From Oculina patagonica (lineage: Eukaryota), in NCBI RefSeq assembly GCF_052425735.1, contig NC_135769.1:5394001-5458000 (forward strand): DNA of 64,000 nt, written 5' to 3'. This document shows, piece after piece, positions 1 to 13,500 of the stretch (its first letter is position 1; each line of letters begins with the position of its first letter). Position numbers and translations under genes: made by a program. Below the pieces are notes generated by a model. It did no database searches and was not told the origin of the DNA. It worked only from the letters and a program-made list of their open reading frames with translations.

Positions 1-521
1 TTTGGCTTCCATAGCAAGTTCTGGGAACGAGCGTACGGAATCTGTATACCTAGTGTTCAATAGACCAGGCAAGGCTTCGCGGCAAACTGTATAGACTCTG
101 TCAATAAGCGACTCTCAAGAAATGCTGAGAAGAAGAAAAAACTGCTTAGAGTCTAGTCTGAAATAGCCAGAAAACCAACAAAATTTGTCAATTCAGTTTT
201 TAGCTAGTTATTTGTTGAATGTAGCAGCAGTAAACGACCATCGTTCGTAAATTTTCTCCCACCCGAAATCTTTTCAGTGACGCAGGTTCAATTCTCTACT
301 CAATCACGAATCCTTTGTTCTTTCAGCAAACAAACATTTCCAGTAATTTCTCCCAATATTGGAAAGTTTAAGAAGCTGCGTGTCAGGTTAGCGAAGTCCA
401 CGTGGTATAACTGGTGGAATCCTAATGGATGGAAGTTAGAAAAGGTGAGTATGTACGTACGTTCAGCTCATCATTTATCCATCAGGCATTACAATCATGC
501 TTTATTATACATTGTGGTTAA

Positions 522-1466
522 GGTGGTCTTCTACCCTGAAACATTAAGTTTCTTACAGAAAGACCATTTTTTGAAACATAGACGGTTACAATCTCTAAAT
601 ATTTGCGAAACGGATTTGCAAAGAATTTTGCTCTAATTTCGCATTGATGTGTGTTTAAATTACGAAATCTACCCGCTGGTAGCGATATTGTAACCTAGCA
701 ACGTCCATAGCAACCGTTGTTTACAATCAAAAAGGTGCTTACAAATAAAACACAATACAACATATTTCAATTATATCTTACACGAAAGCTTTGAAGTGAT
801 ACGCAATGGGAAAACGGCAATCTTTGTCTTGAACATCATTCCAATTTTCATTTTATAAGCCCATTATCGCAAGTTACCATTTGCATGACTTATGTGTAAT
901 TTGGTGTTGAATTGAAGGCAACATTAATGTTATTTCTCTAAATCTATCCCCTTGCTTTCCACACCCCCGTTGCTACCCCCTCCCCCCCCCCCCCTCCCAA
1001 CGCACACACGGTTGGAAGGGCTACATTGGTCTCTTAATTAAAGACATAAATAAAACTTAGTAAAACTTTAAAGCTTGATTTCTCGGATAGCACAAACAGT
1101 CAGATCACCAATATTTCAAAAGCGATATCTTTCTAAGGTTTCAACCAAAGGTTCTGAAATTTTCAGGATTGGAAAAACACACCATTCTCTATGTTATAAA
1201 TCTAAAACATATAAAATTTATTAAATCGTTGGCCTATTTTTAAGTTAATGTTATTAAATATTACCTAATAATAGTTAACAGGTTCTCATTTTCAATAAAA
1301 ATATGACTCAAAACACTCTTTTTAGAGGTTTGACAACTGGAGAATTTAATAAAGGACAGAGTAAATTTCATTGCATGCTTCTCGTGAAGTTCTTTAAAAT
1401 GGTAGCAAAACCGACTGACAAAGCTTTTTTAGAAAAGAAAAATCATATTTTGAGTGGAAGACCACC
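522..1466. mobile_element. Non-autonomous DNA transposon, Kolobok-like
   Basis: TTAA-GGTGGTCTTC ... GAAGACCACC-TCAA terminal inverted repeats; no ORF. Confidence 0.55.
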
Positions 1467-1774
1467 TCAATATAAGTAGCATGTTATTGTTTTTGAATTT
1501 CCCTTAAAAGGCTGCTTTCATTGCTGCTTTACTACTCAGACTGTTTTCAAACTGGTATACGGGAAAAAGTTTAGCCAAGTAAAGCATCCGGCCACAGTCT
1601 AGTTCCTCAAGAAACTGGAGGTGTAATAATTAACTGAACCGTGGTTTCTGTCGCATAAAGTGGTTTGGAATATTGAGTGTTAATCCTACCTGCATGGTTT
1701 GGATAGTTCCCTTTAGCAGGTTGTTCCTCATTTTTAATGTTTTTAAGCTCCCCTTACAATTCACCTCTAGCCAT

Positions 1775-1890
1775 TAATACATCTGGGTGGAGAGAGGCAC
1801 TATGAGACAAAAGTATCTTGCCCAAGAACACAACGCAGTGTGACCCCGGCCATGCAGGGCTCGAGCATGATCAGGCCACCGCGCCTCCTT
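1775..1890 (-). mobile_element. tRNA-derived SINE fragment (same family as 14026-14484)
   Basis: Reverse complement of GGAGGCGCGGTGGCC..GTGTTCTTGGGCAAGA..AGTGCCTCTCTCCACCCAG. Confidence 0.65.
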
Positions 1891-2738
1891 TTGCTGAGTA
1901 GGCGTGATAAGTATTAGGCATCTGTCGCACAAAGTCCATAGATTTAGCGCGCTGTAAAGGTTGTTGCTGGTTGGTAGCAGTGTTTGCTGTGGCTTAACAA
2001 TCCAATTTGAGATTTGTAGATACGTGCCGCAATTTTGGCTGGTGAATTGTGCCTCGTCCGGTGAATGTTGTTGAACTCTCCCAACTGGCCTTTCTCTTCG
2101 CTCTGTCGGCTGCCAGGGTGATATGCTGTTCTTCAACTTGATAACTTTTATATTGTCTAGAGGAAGCATATCATCAAAAAAACTCGTGATTCTATCACTC
2201 AGTTGTCCAAAATATTTAACAAACATCAGTTTCAACTTTGAAAACTCCAAAGAACTCTAGATCTATTTCTGTTCATCGACAGCACTCTTTTAGTTAGCTT
2301 TTAGTTTAAATTGTCACGGCATTATTTTCTCCCCTAGGTGGAAATAGAAACACCAAACAAGAAAAAGATACTGCTGAAGTACAATGACTGGATGTACCCT
2401 GGAGATCATGTTATTCTGAAACCATAAAGATGACAAAAGATGATTAGCATGAAGAAGGTTGTTGTTGACTGTGTTAATACTGGACATACCTTCACGCGAG
2501 ACTGATTTCCGCGGGACTCACAAAAGCGCGGAGGCTTGATAGTATTGCATTGTGCATCTTTACTGCACATAATTTCGCGCGTGATTAGAGAGTAGTACAT
2601 TAAAATGGCGGCTTTTCCTTTATGGCTTGAGATCAGTGCCAGAGAGGTGTCATTTTCTCGTAAACGAGCTAGTATGATGACTTATTATCTTTTTTCTCGT
2701 TTTGAAGTTAGAAATAACTTTTTTCTGAAAAATTGATA

Positions 2739-2854
2739 TACAGTCAACTCTCTCTTAATGGACACATCTATAGACTCTATAAGACGGACACCTCTCTAAG
2801 ACGAACAGTTGGAGCCGGTCCCGACGGTGTCCGTTTTAGAGAGAATTGACTGTA
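2739..2854. mobile_element. Tc1/mariner-type MITE (TA-flanked)
   Basis: TA-CAGTCAACTCTCTCT ... AGAGAGAATTGACTG-TA with internal GGACAC repeats. Confidence 0.7.
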
Positions 2855-3184
2855 GACCAATTCCCAGTGTAGGGTCAGTGTAGAATAAGAAACAATCGTC
2901 GAAACGTGAATTTTAGCAAGTATGTAATCGTAAATAAAAGCATTACGATATTATAAGGAATTATAAACAAGGTGCTCTTGCTTCTAAACGAGTACGAGCC
3001 CCCATTTTTGTTTCAAAATTTAACTTGCTATAAGAAAAGCAACCAATGTAAACTATTTTTTTTTTTAACAAAGTACAGTACTTAAAACGTGCTTGATTTA
3101 TTAAGCAATTAATTTTTTATTTTTATTTTTTAGGCTAGGTTTAAATAAAGGATACAAAGAGACACTACTAAAGCTATTTACATG

Positions 3185-3436
3185 ATAGAGCAGTTTTCAA
3201 TAAAGTGTCGTTAAACCAAAACCAAAGTTATCACTCTGACCAATCACAAAAGGCACGGAAAATCCACCAATCAAAAGTAATTACATGTAGCTTGCGCGAA
3301 GCGCAGGAAAACAAACGCGAGCAAGTCACGATTGGTTTTAGTTTTACTTCAGTGATTGTTAAACCAATCATAGCGTAGTAATGCAAAATCAAAGCAAATG
3401 CCAATTACTTTCTACACTCAAGTGAAAACGGCTCTA
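3185..3436. mobile_element. MITE family 'ATAGAGCAGTTTTCA', copy 1
   Basis: TIR TAGAGCAGTTTTCA / TGAAAACGGCTCTA; homologous to 8442-8640 and 61026-61311. Confidence 0.75.
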
Positions 3437-4424
3437 TATAGCTAGACTTGCTCCAAGTCGTTCGTTATGATATCGAGAGAATTTTTGGTTGTCTCTAAGT
3501 GAGCATAATTTTTGATTTATCCAGATCGAGAGCGGCAGATTGCTAGTCTTACTTATATCATCGCGAGGCCAAAATATATCTCGTGCGCTAAGCGCGTGTG
3601 AAAATGGCTCAGAACGACGGTTGTTTTGCAGCTGACGCACGTGTCGTGCTCGCGATTTCTCGATGCCCTCGCGTGTCTAACACGCAAATCCCGCGCGCAT
3701 CCAGCCTGATTTGTGAACGACCGACTTGGAGCAAGTCAAATAAATGGTTTATTATAAGTTTTTTTTCTCAAAAAAGGCAATCGAGTTACGACAAATAATA
3801 TCAGCATCGAGCGTTATAAATGAATACAGAAAACACTACGAAGATTAGACTGATTTCCCTCGAATAATTATAGTCATCTGGACTGGTTCACATTTTATAG
3901 CTGATTGTATTATTAAAGATGCAAACGATTTCTCAAAGTGGTTTATCGTGTATTGACTGACCTATCCAGCTACGCACGTACCAAATTCAGTTCCTCTCGG
4001 CCGCACACAACACACGCGGACGAAGCCGAAGGCGAGATCCTCGTCGCCCAACAGATTTGAAAAAGATTTCACTCTTCTCAGACACTCACACAACCAGCCT
4101 TTTAAAAACTAACGTGAATTGGAATTTCAATACAGTCCCAAACCGTTGAATCGGCCTTGCAATTTTTCCTTTAGCCTTTTAAAAGTCAACATTTATGGCG
4201 TGTTTTCTTTTTTAATTACCAAGTTAAACAGCATAAGAATTTTGGAGCAAAAACCGCGCGCGCAGGCTCTATTTCCTCGCGGTCAGATTTCCTGCTCTTC
4301 ATTCTACGAAAACCAGATGAAACGGTTGAAACAAAATTGAAATTCATGTGTGCGACAGCCCGGGCTCAAAATTAGTGTTCCGCGCGATTATCCCAGGGTT
4401 ATCCCTTCCCCTTCACTCTCCCCT

Positions 4425-4470
4425 CCCTTCCCCGCCCTGCTCTCCTTCCTTTTGAGCATCCAATCGTGCG
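4425..4470 (+). promoter_or_regulatory. Putative IPO7 proximal promoter (GC box and CCAAT box) in a CpG-rich stretch
   Basis: CCCCGCCC at about 4430 and CCAAT at about 4460, 130-165 bp upstream of the ATG; CpG is retained here, unlike in the gene body. Confidence 0.4.
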
Positions 4471-4594
4471 GGTCAGCTGCCTCCGCCCTATAGCGCATGA
4501 CACATTTTGCCGGGGAAGAATCGCGGGAAGACGAAAAATTGCACATGGAGTAAGCGAAGAAATATTTATTTTATCACCAAAAAATAACCTCACG

Positions 4595-7500
4595 ATGGAT
4601 ATACCTCATCTAGCCACTATCTTGTCGAGTACTTTTGACCCAAACTTAAGGGAGGAAGCGGAGAAAAAGCTAAATGAGGTAAGATTTGAAAACTCGTGCT
4701 TCTTTCGTAAAGGATTTTACTCAACACGCATCATCCGATATTTGCGAGCCACTTTTACTTTGTTTCCTAAATTAAGACGTAATTATAGATCCAGTAGATA
4801 ATCCTAAATCTAACTCTTAAATTAACCCTTTTTTTATAACTGCGTTGTCGTCAAATAAGTCAAAAAGTTAGGAGCCTTGCGGGTAAAAGACTCAACGATT
4901 GTACGTTAGTCATGATTTTGAAGATTAAAGTCCACAAATAGTTTTATCGGTTTTTCTTTCCGGCGTTTTCTTCTCACAGATTCACAAGCTTCCAGGATTC
5001 CTCTCGCTCTTACTTCAAGTGGTCATGTCAAATGAAGTGCAAACTCCAATACGGCAGTCTGGTAAGAAATTGAAACGATATGAATTAGTTTTACCAGGAA
5101 TAAGCTTACTTACGAAAGATGCCCTATGGCGAAGGCATATTTGTCGTATTACAGAAAGGACAGAATTATCTGCGGCACTGTGTTGAGAAATGGTTCGATA
5201 CAAGATCATTTTTATTCCGAAAAGACACCAATGTGCACACTTACGTAAATATATTAATTCTGCTCACTCAATGTACACGTAATGTACATGACTTTGTATA
5301 TTGACAAGGAAACAAAGTATCGTTATAAGGAACCTAGTCTGTGGTATAGTATATGGTCTTTACATGTGCATGACAAATTAAACAATGCCATTGAGATATT
5401 GTACATGAAAAGGTGATGGCAGAAGTCAAGTCTCCATGCCAGATCACCACAAGGCATAAAATGTGTAGTTCCAGAAAATATCCATACCCCCACCACGGAG
5501 GGTATTTCACGTAAGACCCCCCACCTCTCTGGAATTTCCGTTTTTGTAAAGAAAAATAAACCCCCCCACCCCTCCGGAATTTCCAAAAGTATATTGCGTA
5601 CCCCCCAGCCCCTCTGGAGAAAAAGATTACTTGTACAATGCTCTAAATTTTAGGCCACCTCTCTTGTAAACAGTTATAGTGTATAACTGATCGATCGGAA
5701 GATATGTTAAAATGATACATACATGTACTGTTGAAGACAAAATACGGAAATTTCCTCAAAAGTAAACAAACAAGATATCTAATCTGGTAGTCACTTGTCA
5801 AATTACCTTGTTGTATAACCATCCATCCCTTTTCATTCCAATCGCTTAAGAAAACCGCTAAATGTATCATAACACGGATTTGAAGAGTGTTGATATAAAC
5901 ATTCACCGTATACGTAGCCGTGATCACAAAATTGCTAATGCTCGCTGAGAAAGCAAAATTTAACAGAAAAATTACAAACAAATATCCAGAAATAACAAGA
6001 ACAAGTTAATCTCGAGTTTCTGACATCATTACACTATTTTCATCGCTAATAAACCTGAAACTTTTCACAAACAAGGACGATTTTCTTCGATCGAACGTGA
6101 AACAAGCAACGCTTGACACCAGTGCATTTCGGTCAAACCACGTGACAAGTTTCGGGGGACTGGTAACAAGTAATGGCGGATGAACGAACATGGAGGATTT
6201 CAGTGAAATTATTTGCTTCCAGTGTGCTTTCAGGAGAAAGAAAACCCGTTTTAAAAGTAAAGCGATTGCAAATCAAGAACCCAGGGTGCTATTTTTGCTA
6301 TGTAACACATTTGTAGAGTAGTTAAGAAACAATTTTTGAAAGTAGTTTGTACTGCATCAAACTTGACCGTCTGGAAACGTAATTTCACTGGCAACCCCCC
6401 TCCTCTTCGGAATTTCCTGGGCCCTTGACCCCCCCCCACCCCTCTGGAATTTCCAATTCCCTCCGTGGTGGGGGTATGGATATTTTCTGGAACCACACAA
6501 TTGACAAAATTGACTTTTTTGGAATATATTTGTCACTGATACTAAAAGACACTTTCAAAAGCTACAATCACTTGCAAAATAGTTGGGACACTCTCCCAGA
6601 AGTTTCATTTTCCTTCAAAAAACATGCCTTTGTTGAAAAAAGAAACAAAAAATTTTCATTCTGACCCTTCCTACCCCCGGCCAGGGATGTAGCTGAGAAA
6701 AAAAACTGAGCCGGCTCATTAACAAACTCAGTTGGCTCTTATCTACTCCCCTACCCCCTCCTTTCAAGCAAGGTGTTACTTATAGGTTTGAATGTACTCC
6801 TGATATGCCAACAATGTTGATCTGGGGGAGATGGGAGAGCAGAAAACCACCAGGCATTGTTGATAAAATGTTTAAAATGACAATGAGTGTCTAAACTCTT
6901 TTTGCAAATGATTGAAAAAAGCAAATTATGCCTTAATTTGGCTAAAATCCAAGACACAGTTCCTTTAATGGGTAGCAGCAAATTTGTTGACAGGAGTCCT
7001 CAGACTGTCCAGTGATGTAGGGGGTCAGTGGTATTGACATACTACTAGCCACTAGGCTCAAACCTTATTCCTTAATTGATAAACTGATTAAATTTGTTTT
7101 AAATGATTGCATTTGTTAATAGGTGGAATTTACCTTAAGAATATGATTGCTCAGTACTGGAAGGAGAGGGAACCTTCAGAATCAGTTGATGGGGCTGTTC
7201 CATTTGTTATTGCTGAGCAAGACAAAGCCACAATCAGAGAGAATATTGTTGAGGCAGTTATTCATGCTCCTGAATTAATAAGGTAGGAGGTCTAATTACC
7301 GGTATATTAATAATAATTTGTGTCTTAGTACAAAACCTGAGATGTTTATAATCATCATCATTCTATACTTCCATCATTGAACTATGTACTGTATGAGGTC
7401 CAGAGAACATGTAAAATACAAAAGCACATTTGCTGCCGCAGTGAGTGAGCCTGAAGCTAGCAAGCGAGGCAGCTCTCTAATCGGCAAAGGATTAACTTAT

Positions 7501-10500
7501 GGGGCCTGCAATCACTTTTTTTTACCAAATGCAACGAATTGTTGTTGGCGGTAAGATCAAAGACACAAGAAATTGTGGTCATGCACGAATGGAAGATTCA
7601 TGATGTGCAGTGGAGTTCAATGTGATCCTTGTGCTAATGCGACCTTGTTGATTTGCGCTTTGATATGTGACCAGGCGCAAGGCAGGATTTCAAACAAGTG
7701 ACGTCGTTAAGTTAACTGAAACAGTAAAGTACTCTGCTTTTCAAGGAAAAATTTGTTTAAAAGTTCATGTGAATCGACTCAAAACTCACTTCAGTTTAAT
7801 TTTACTTCTGTGACTTCTGGTGTGACTTGCAACTTGAAACCGATATCATGAAGGCCTGCGCGAAACATTGTGTGTCACGCAACAGGGGGGACAGCCTGGC
7901 GTAAAACTTTTTGCATAACCACTGCCTACATGACCGAAAGTGCACTGACACGAAAGTGGATCCTGCCTGAGTTCTGGGCAGACTAAATCATACCTAAATC
8001 GCTTCCTGAGGAATTAATAATGCCATAGTAGACGTCTGTTAAACTTTCATTAATCCTACAACACCTTGCATTGATCTCGCCTGCACTTCCGAACTTTTGG
8101 TTGTTACTGACTAGTATAGTTTTATTGAAGAGTTTCAGTTTCCATAAGTTTCCTTTAACGTACATGTATGTTTATACTTCCTTGATATCGCTACAAATAA
8201 TGGTCTGTTCTTATGTTAAATCTCAATCAATTTTACAATACTTATTAACCGTTTCAAACATAAAAAGTAGTACAGTTCATAAAGTTACTGCAAGCATCAG
8301 TTCTACATCGTTCTTCCCCTTTGGCAGCATTTCTACCATTTTGGTATACTACATGTATTTTAATGTTAAGTAGCGATCCTGCATTACACTATGCTATTTC
8401 ATGACAGGGCTAAATGCACTAAATACTAAATGGTTTACAGATAGAGCCATTTTTATTGAGTGTCATAAAACCAAAAACCAAAGCAGTGAACCAGTTGAAA
8501 CTCAAAGCAAATACATGCAACTGATATGAAGCAGGGGAAAATGTGTGTGTGTGTGTGTGTGTGAGTCAAGATTGGGTTTGGTTTTACTTCTGATTGGTTG
8601 AGAAAGTAGCGGGTGTTTTTTAGACCAGTGACTGAGGAGTTACAGTGGATCTTACAGATTCACCTGTTCTATTTTTTATTCCAGAATTCAGCTTACTGTA
8701 TGCGTAAGTCAGATCCTGCGACACGACTTTCCAGATAAGTGGCCAGGAGTGATTGACAAAGTGAATGGATTTCTGGCTGAGAACAGTCAGGGGACGTGGA
8801 TGGGTGCACTGCTCACTCTGTACCAGGTGGTCAAGAAATATGAGTAAGTTGAAGATTGTTAACTGCATTAATGCCTCTGTTCTGTGTTAAATCAGGATGA
8901 TACTTCCAGTAATTAACATGATACATGAGCAAAATTTAATGAAGTAAGAACACATTAGAGTAGAATCCCGATTTCTGAAACCTCAGGGGGAATGAAAATT
9001 GCTTCGAGAAATTGGGAGGTTTGAGAAATCTAGGGTGAAATGTGTGCTTCCAGAAAATATCCATACTCCCCCCACAGAAGGGATTGGAAATTCCAGGAGG
9101 GGGGGGTCACAAAGTCTCAAAACTTTAAAGCAATGTATGAAGCTAAATTGGAATTTCCAGAGGGGTGGGGGGGGGGTCATAAGGCAAATCCCTTCCATGG
9201 GGGGGGGGGGTATGGATATTTTTTTGGAACCACACAATCACAGAGAAGTACATGTAATATCCAATGAAAACAAAAATTGGTTTGAGAAATCAGGAGTTTC
9301 AAGTAACTGAGGGTTCGAGAAATTGGGATTGTACTGTTTATTTGCCATAACAAGGAGCCAGTTGAATCTCAGATGTTTTTAGAGTAGGAAAGACTAATAT
9401 TAAGTCATGAACTTCAAAGAGATGTCCATGCAAGGATGACACAGTGGTTAGAGCACTCACCTCACACCAGCATGGTCCTTGTTCAAATCGTGGACCTGGA
9501 GTCGTATGTGGGTTGAGTTTGCTGTTGGCGCATGGTTCTTGTCCTTTTTCTGAAGGGTTTTTCTCCATGTTCTCCGGTTTTCCTCCCTCCACAAAAGCCA
9601 ACATTCCCAAGTTCCTATTAGATCAAGAACCCGAGGTTCTTAGGTTTGTCAGTTGTAAGACTGTTTCTGTATAGTTTCAGACAATTCCATAGTGATGTCA
9701 TTTTTTGGGAGGTACCGTATTAAGTTTGTTTTCTCTAGAACAGCATTGTTATGAGTTGTCGTGTTTTTATATTTATTTATGTACTGTTAATTTCTTTTAG
9801 ATTCAAAAAGCCAGAGGAACGTCAAGTTCTTCACAATATTATGCAAGTTCTTCTGCCTGTGCTTTATCAGAGGTTCACATCTATAATGGAAGACTCTTCA
9901 CAAATGTCTGTAGAAATACAAAAACAAATACTAAAGATATTTTTTGCTCTAATTCAGGTTAGTATCTGAATTATTTATGATAAATAATATTTATATATAT
10001 ATATACAGGTATGCAAAATCTGATTTGACATTCCATTTCAACCCTCCAAGTTTATTTTTTCCTTAGTAGCCATTTGGCCACCGACTGCTCAAGTTTGGTT
10101 GCCAGTGAAAAATTTTAGTCGCTAAATAATTATTAAGCTCACGCTTTCAATCCATCTTCTCAATTTTAGTCGCCAGGCTGGTGACTTTTGTTCCAATTTA
10201 GTTGCCAGCTCCAAAAGTTTAGTTGCCATGGTGACTAAAATGGTCTTAACTTTGGTGGTTGCATTTATTTAGAAGTACTGATATACATTTAGAACTGATG
10301 AACATAAAAAACAGGGCTTTTGAGATTACTACCCTTTAATTTGTTGTTCACTTCCATTGCTTTTTCAAACATTTTTCTTCTTTTAACAAAATTAATGCCA
10401 GTGAGCCAGTTCAGCTTACTAGCTATCTCAGCATGTCTGGAATGTAATGGTTGACATTATTTTTTGTTTCATCAGTATGTCCTTCCCATGGAATTAATCA

Positions 10501-13500
10501 CATCAGATTCATTTGGAAAGTGGATGGGAGTCTTTCAATCTGTGGTGGATAGAGAAGTACCACAGGTAAGAATCACTGTCTAAACTAGACCTGTACATGT
10601 ATGTACTGTGAGATCCTGATTTCTTGAACCTCTGATAACTCAACCCAAAAATTGTTTCCATGGGATTTGCTTCAATCACTAAGTTGATCATGTTAAAAGG
10701 ATACTATCCATGCCACTACAATTCCAGGACTTTCAAGAACTGGCTAAACGTGTGTTACATCACGTTGTTGAGCTGTACTCAAACAAATAATAAAGATGGA
10801 ACACATGTCATAAATCTAATTAACTCAACCAATCAGAGTCCAATGTACTAGTAACAGCCTAAATTATCATAATTCTAACAGAACATTGCAATTTTACCCC
10901 TGACGTTTTAAACTTTGATTCTTCATTTCCCTTGGTGGTTTGGAAGTTGTGATTCCAGTGTACATAATTATAATTTTATAAGCTGACTCTTATGTTTTGC
11001 ACACTAACAGACCATTGAAAATACCATCCATTAAATTTAGCATTTACATGTCATACTGTTTACTGTGTGATAATTTTATAATAGCTTACATTCTACTGTA
11101 TATTGTACATAATTGTACATGTACAGCCCACACATTATTTTATTATTCAGTTTTGAGCAGGAAGTCTCAGAAGCCTTTCTAGGCTTATTGAGGAGACCCT
11201 CTTTACTAAAATTTAATACAAACTCAGGCGATGTATGAAATTATGAAAGTCTAGGTTAATTAATCAATGTAATGTAATAGGGCAAGAAACAAGCTACTAT
11301 TTAATTCTACTTATAAAATCAAACAGATGATGAGAGAAAACTATTAATTTTTATACGAAAAAGAAGAAAATTCAAGCATTTTCTATACATGTAGCTATAT
11401 TAATTTTGATTTTTAAGGATAAAAATCAAAATCAATCACATTCATGCCCTTGAAGGTACAGTTATTTTATTGTCTCTTGAATTCAATGTACTGTAGGTTT
11501 GTTTGACTAAATATAACACAAATATTTACAATACAATACTTTAATTTGACACTCCCCTTACGGGGCTTTTCAGTGACAATAAATTGCAGTAGAAATTACA
11601 ATTTTAAAATTATAAAAATTACAATGATAAACATTACATGTACAATGATAAAAATAACAATGATAAAAATTTGGATAAAATGATGCCATTGTGTCAATTT
11701 GATGTGTCTATGTACATGTACATGTAGATGCGTCATTGTTCATTGCATTGTTTTTTTTTTTCAGTGTGCACTGGAAGGTGATGAGGAAGAGCTAGCCAAA
11801 CTTTCTTGGTGGAAAGCAAAGAAGTGGGCTTTACACATTCTCTGTCGGTTGTTTGAGAGGTAAAATCTTATTTTCAGTGCTAGTCGTCATTCACTGGCCC
11901 AATTACTATTGAAAATCAAATTCTACATTTTATTATAATATAGATCTATGTGTCTGAGTGTTTGACTGGAAAATTGACCACTCGTAAATTCCTACCAAAC
12001 TGGGACCATAGTGTTGTATTTTTATATCCTCACATGTGAAGATATTGAAGAAAATCATTTCCCACCTTTGTTCAGTTGTTTTGTTTACCTTTTACTCAAT
12101 TCCTGATTTTTTTGTTGATAATAAAAAGAATAACAGTGGCTTGAAGATATGAATTTTATTTTTCTGTGTTAAAAACAATTATTTTATTCATTTGCTGCAC
12201 CATCATAAAATGTTTTTACCACTTGAAAATAAAATTCAAATTTTTGCACCATTGTTTAATATTCTCCATTTTCTTCGGTAGATATGGTACACCTGGTTCA
12301 ATAACAAAAGAATATGAGGAGTTTTCAGAATATTACTGCAAAAGTTTTGCTGGTAAGTCAGCTCTGACAATAATACAGTACACGTACTGTACAAGATTGC
12401 ATTACAAAATTTTGGTGTGGTGTTCAAAAGTACATTGTCATAGGAAGTTTTCTTAATTTAACATTGGGCTTATTTTGGGTTTGTAGTCAGTGTGACACAG
12501 ATTCTCCTTAAAGTATTGGATCAGTACAGACGGAAAGTGTTTGTGGCTCCACGCGTCCTGCAACAGACAATAAACTACTTGAAAAATGGGTTAGTTATGA
12601 GCAGATTATTTGTCATCCTGTGATCTACATGTACATGTACCTTTTAGACTGTCCGTAGGGTAAGAACCTTATTGGAACACAGGAAAATTACAAGTTGCCT
12701 TTAGCTTTGAAATGAGGCTGGTGCAAAATTTTATCATGATTATTTGCGTGTTAGTTAAACCACCTTTAATGAGAACATTTTCAGTTGCACCATCATTCAG
12801 AAACAAACAAAATAAACTTTACAAAAGTTTCAATGGACAGTAGTTTAATTGGTTGATTAATTAATTAATTTTTTTATAATTTTGTACATCTGGACTGTGA
12901 TACCATTTTATAAACTTTCAACCAAAGTCAAATTAAAATCTCAAAACTTACCGTACATGTACCTTAAAAATTAACTATAATCACTGATGCATATAGGTAC
13001 ATGTAATATCAGCACATTATACTACTTAAGGTGCATTAATTTTATTTTGTGGTACTGTTCAGAGTAATATATACTTGGAAAATAATGATTTTGTTTTAGG
13101 ATTTCAAATTCACTTCACTGGAAAATAATGAGGCCCCACATCCAGGTACTTGCATTGTTTTCTTTCTTAATACAATGTAATTATAAATTATATGGGGACC
13201 TTCAGATTGATTCAGAACACAAGTACGAGATCAAGTACAGTATGGCTATGACTTTTGAATTTCAATCCAGTTAATTTGCCATGTAGCCCTCACTCCTTGT
13301 TACTGACCAGTTGAAAAGGAGACTGTCAGTACAAGATTGCTGTGAAATGTGATAATTAAAAGCATATACAGGTGTAAGCACTAGGTTTTTAAAGTCGTAC
13401 TCCTAATCAATCTCACACTTATACTTGTACTCATATCTTAAGGTTCCCTTAGCATTGTCCTTCTGTACCTGTAAATGAATATAATCGACCTCTAGTATTG

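Noticed and set aside
1-30. Possible minus-strand start (CAG|AACTTGCT-ATG-GAA-GCC-AAA) leaving the window
   Set aside because: Only 4 codons are visible; cannot be supported.
1774-2600. 158-aa and 64-aa minus-strand ORFs upstream of IPO7
   Set aside because: No recognisable domain; the 3' part runs into a SINE; no consistent exon chain could be built.
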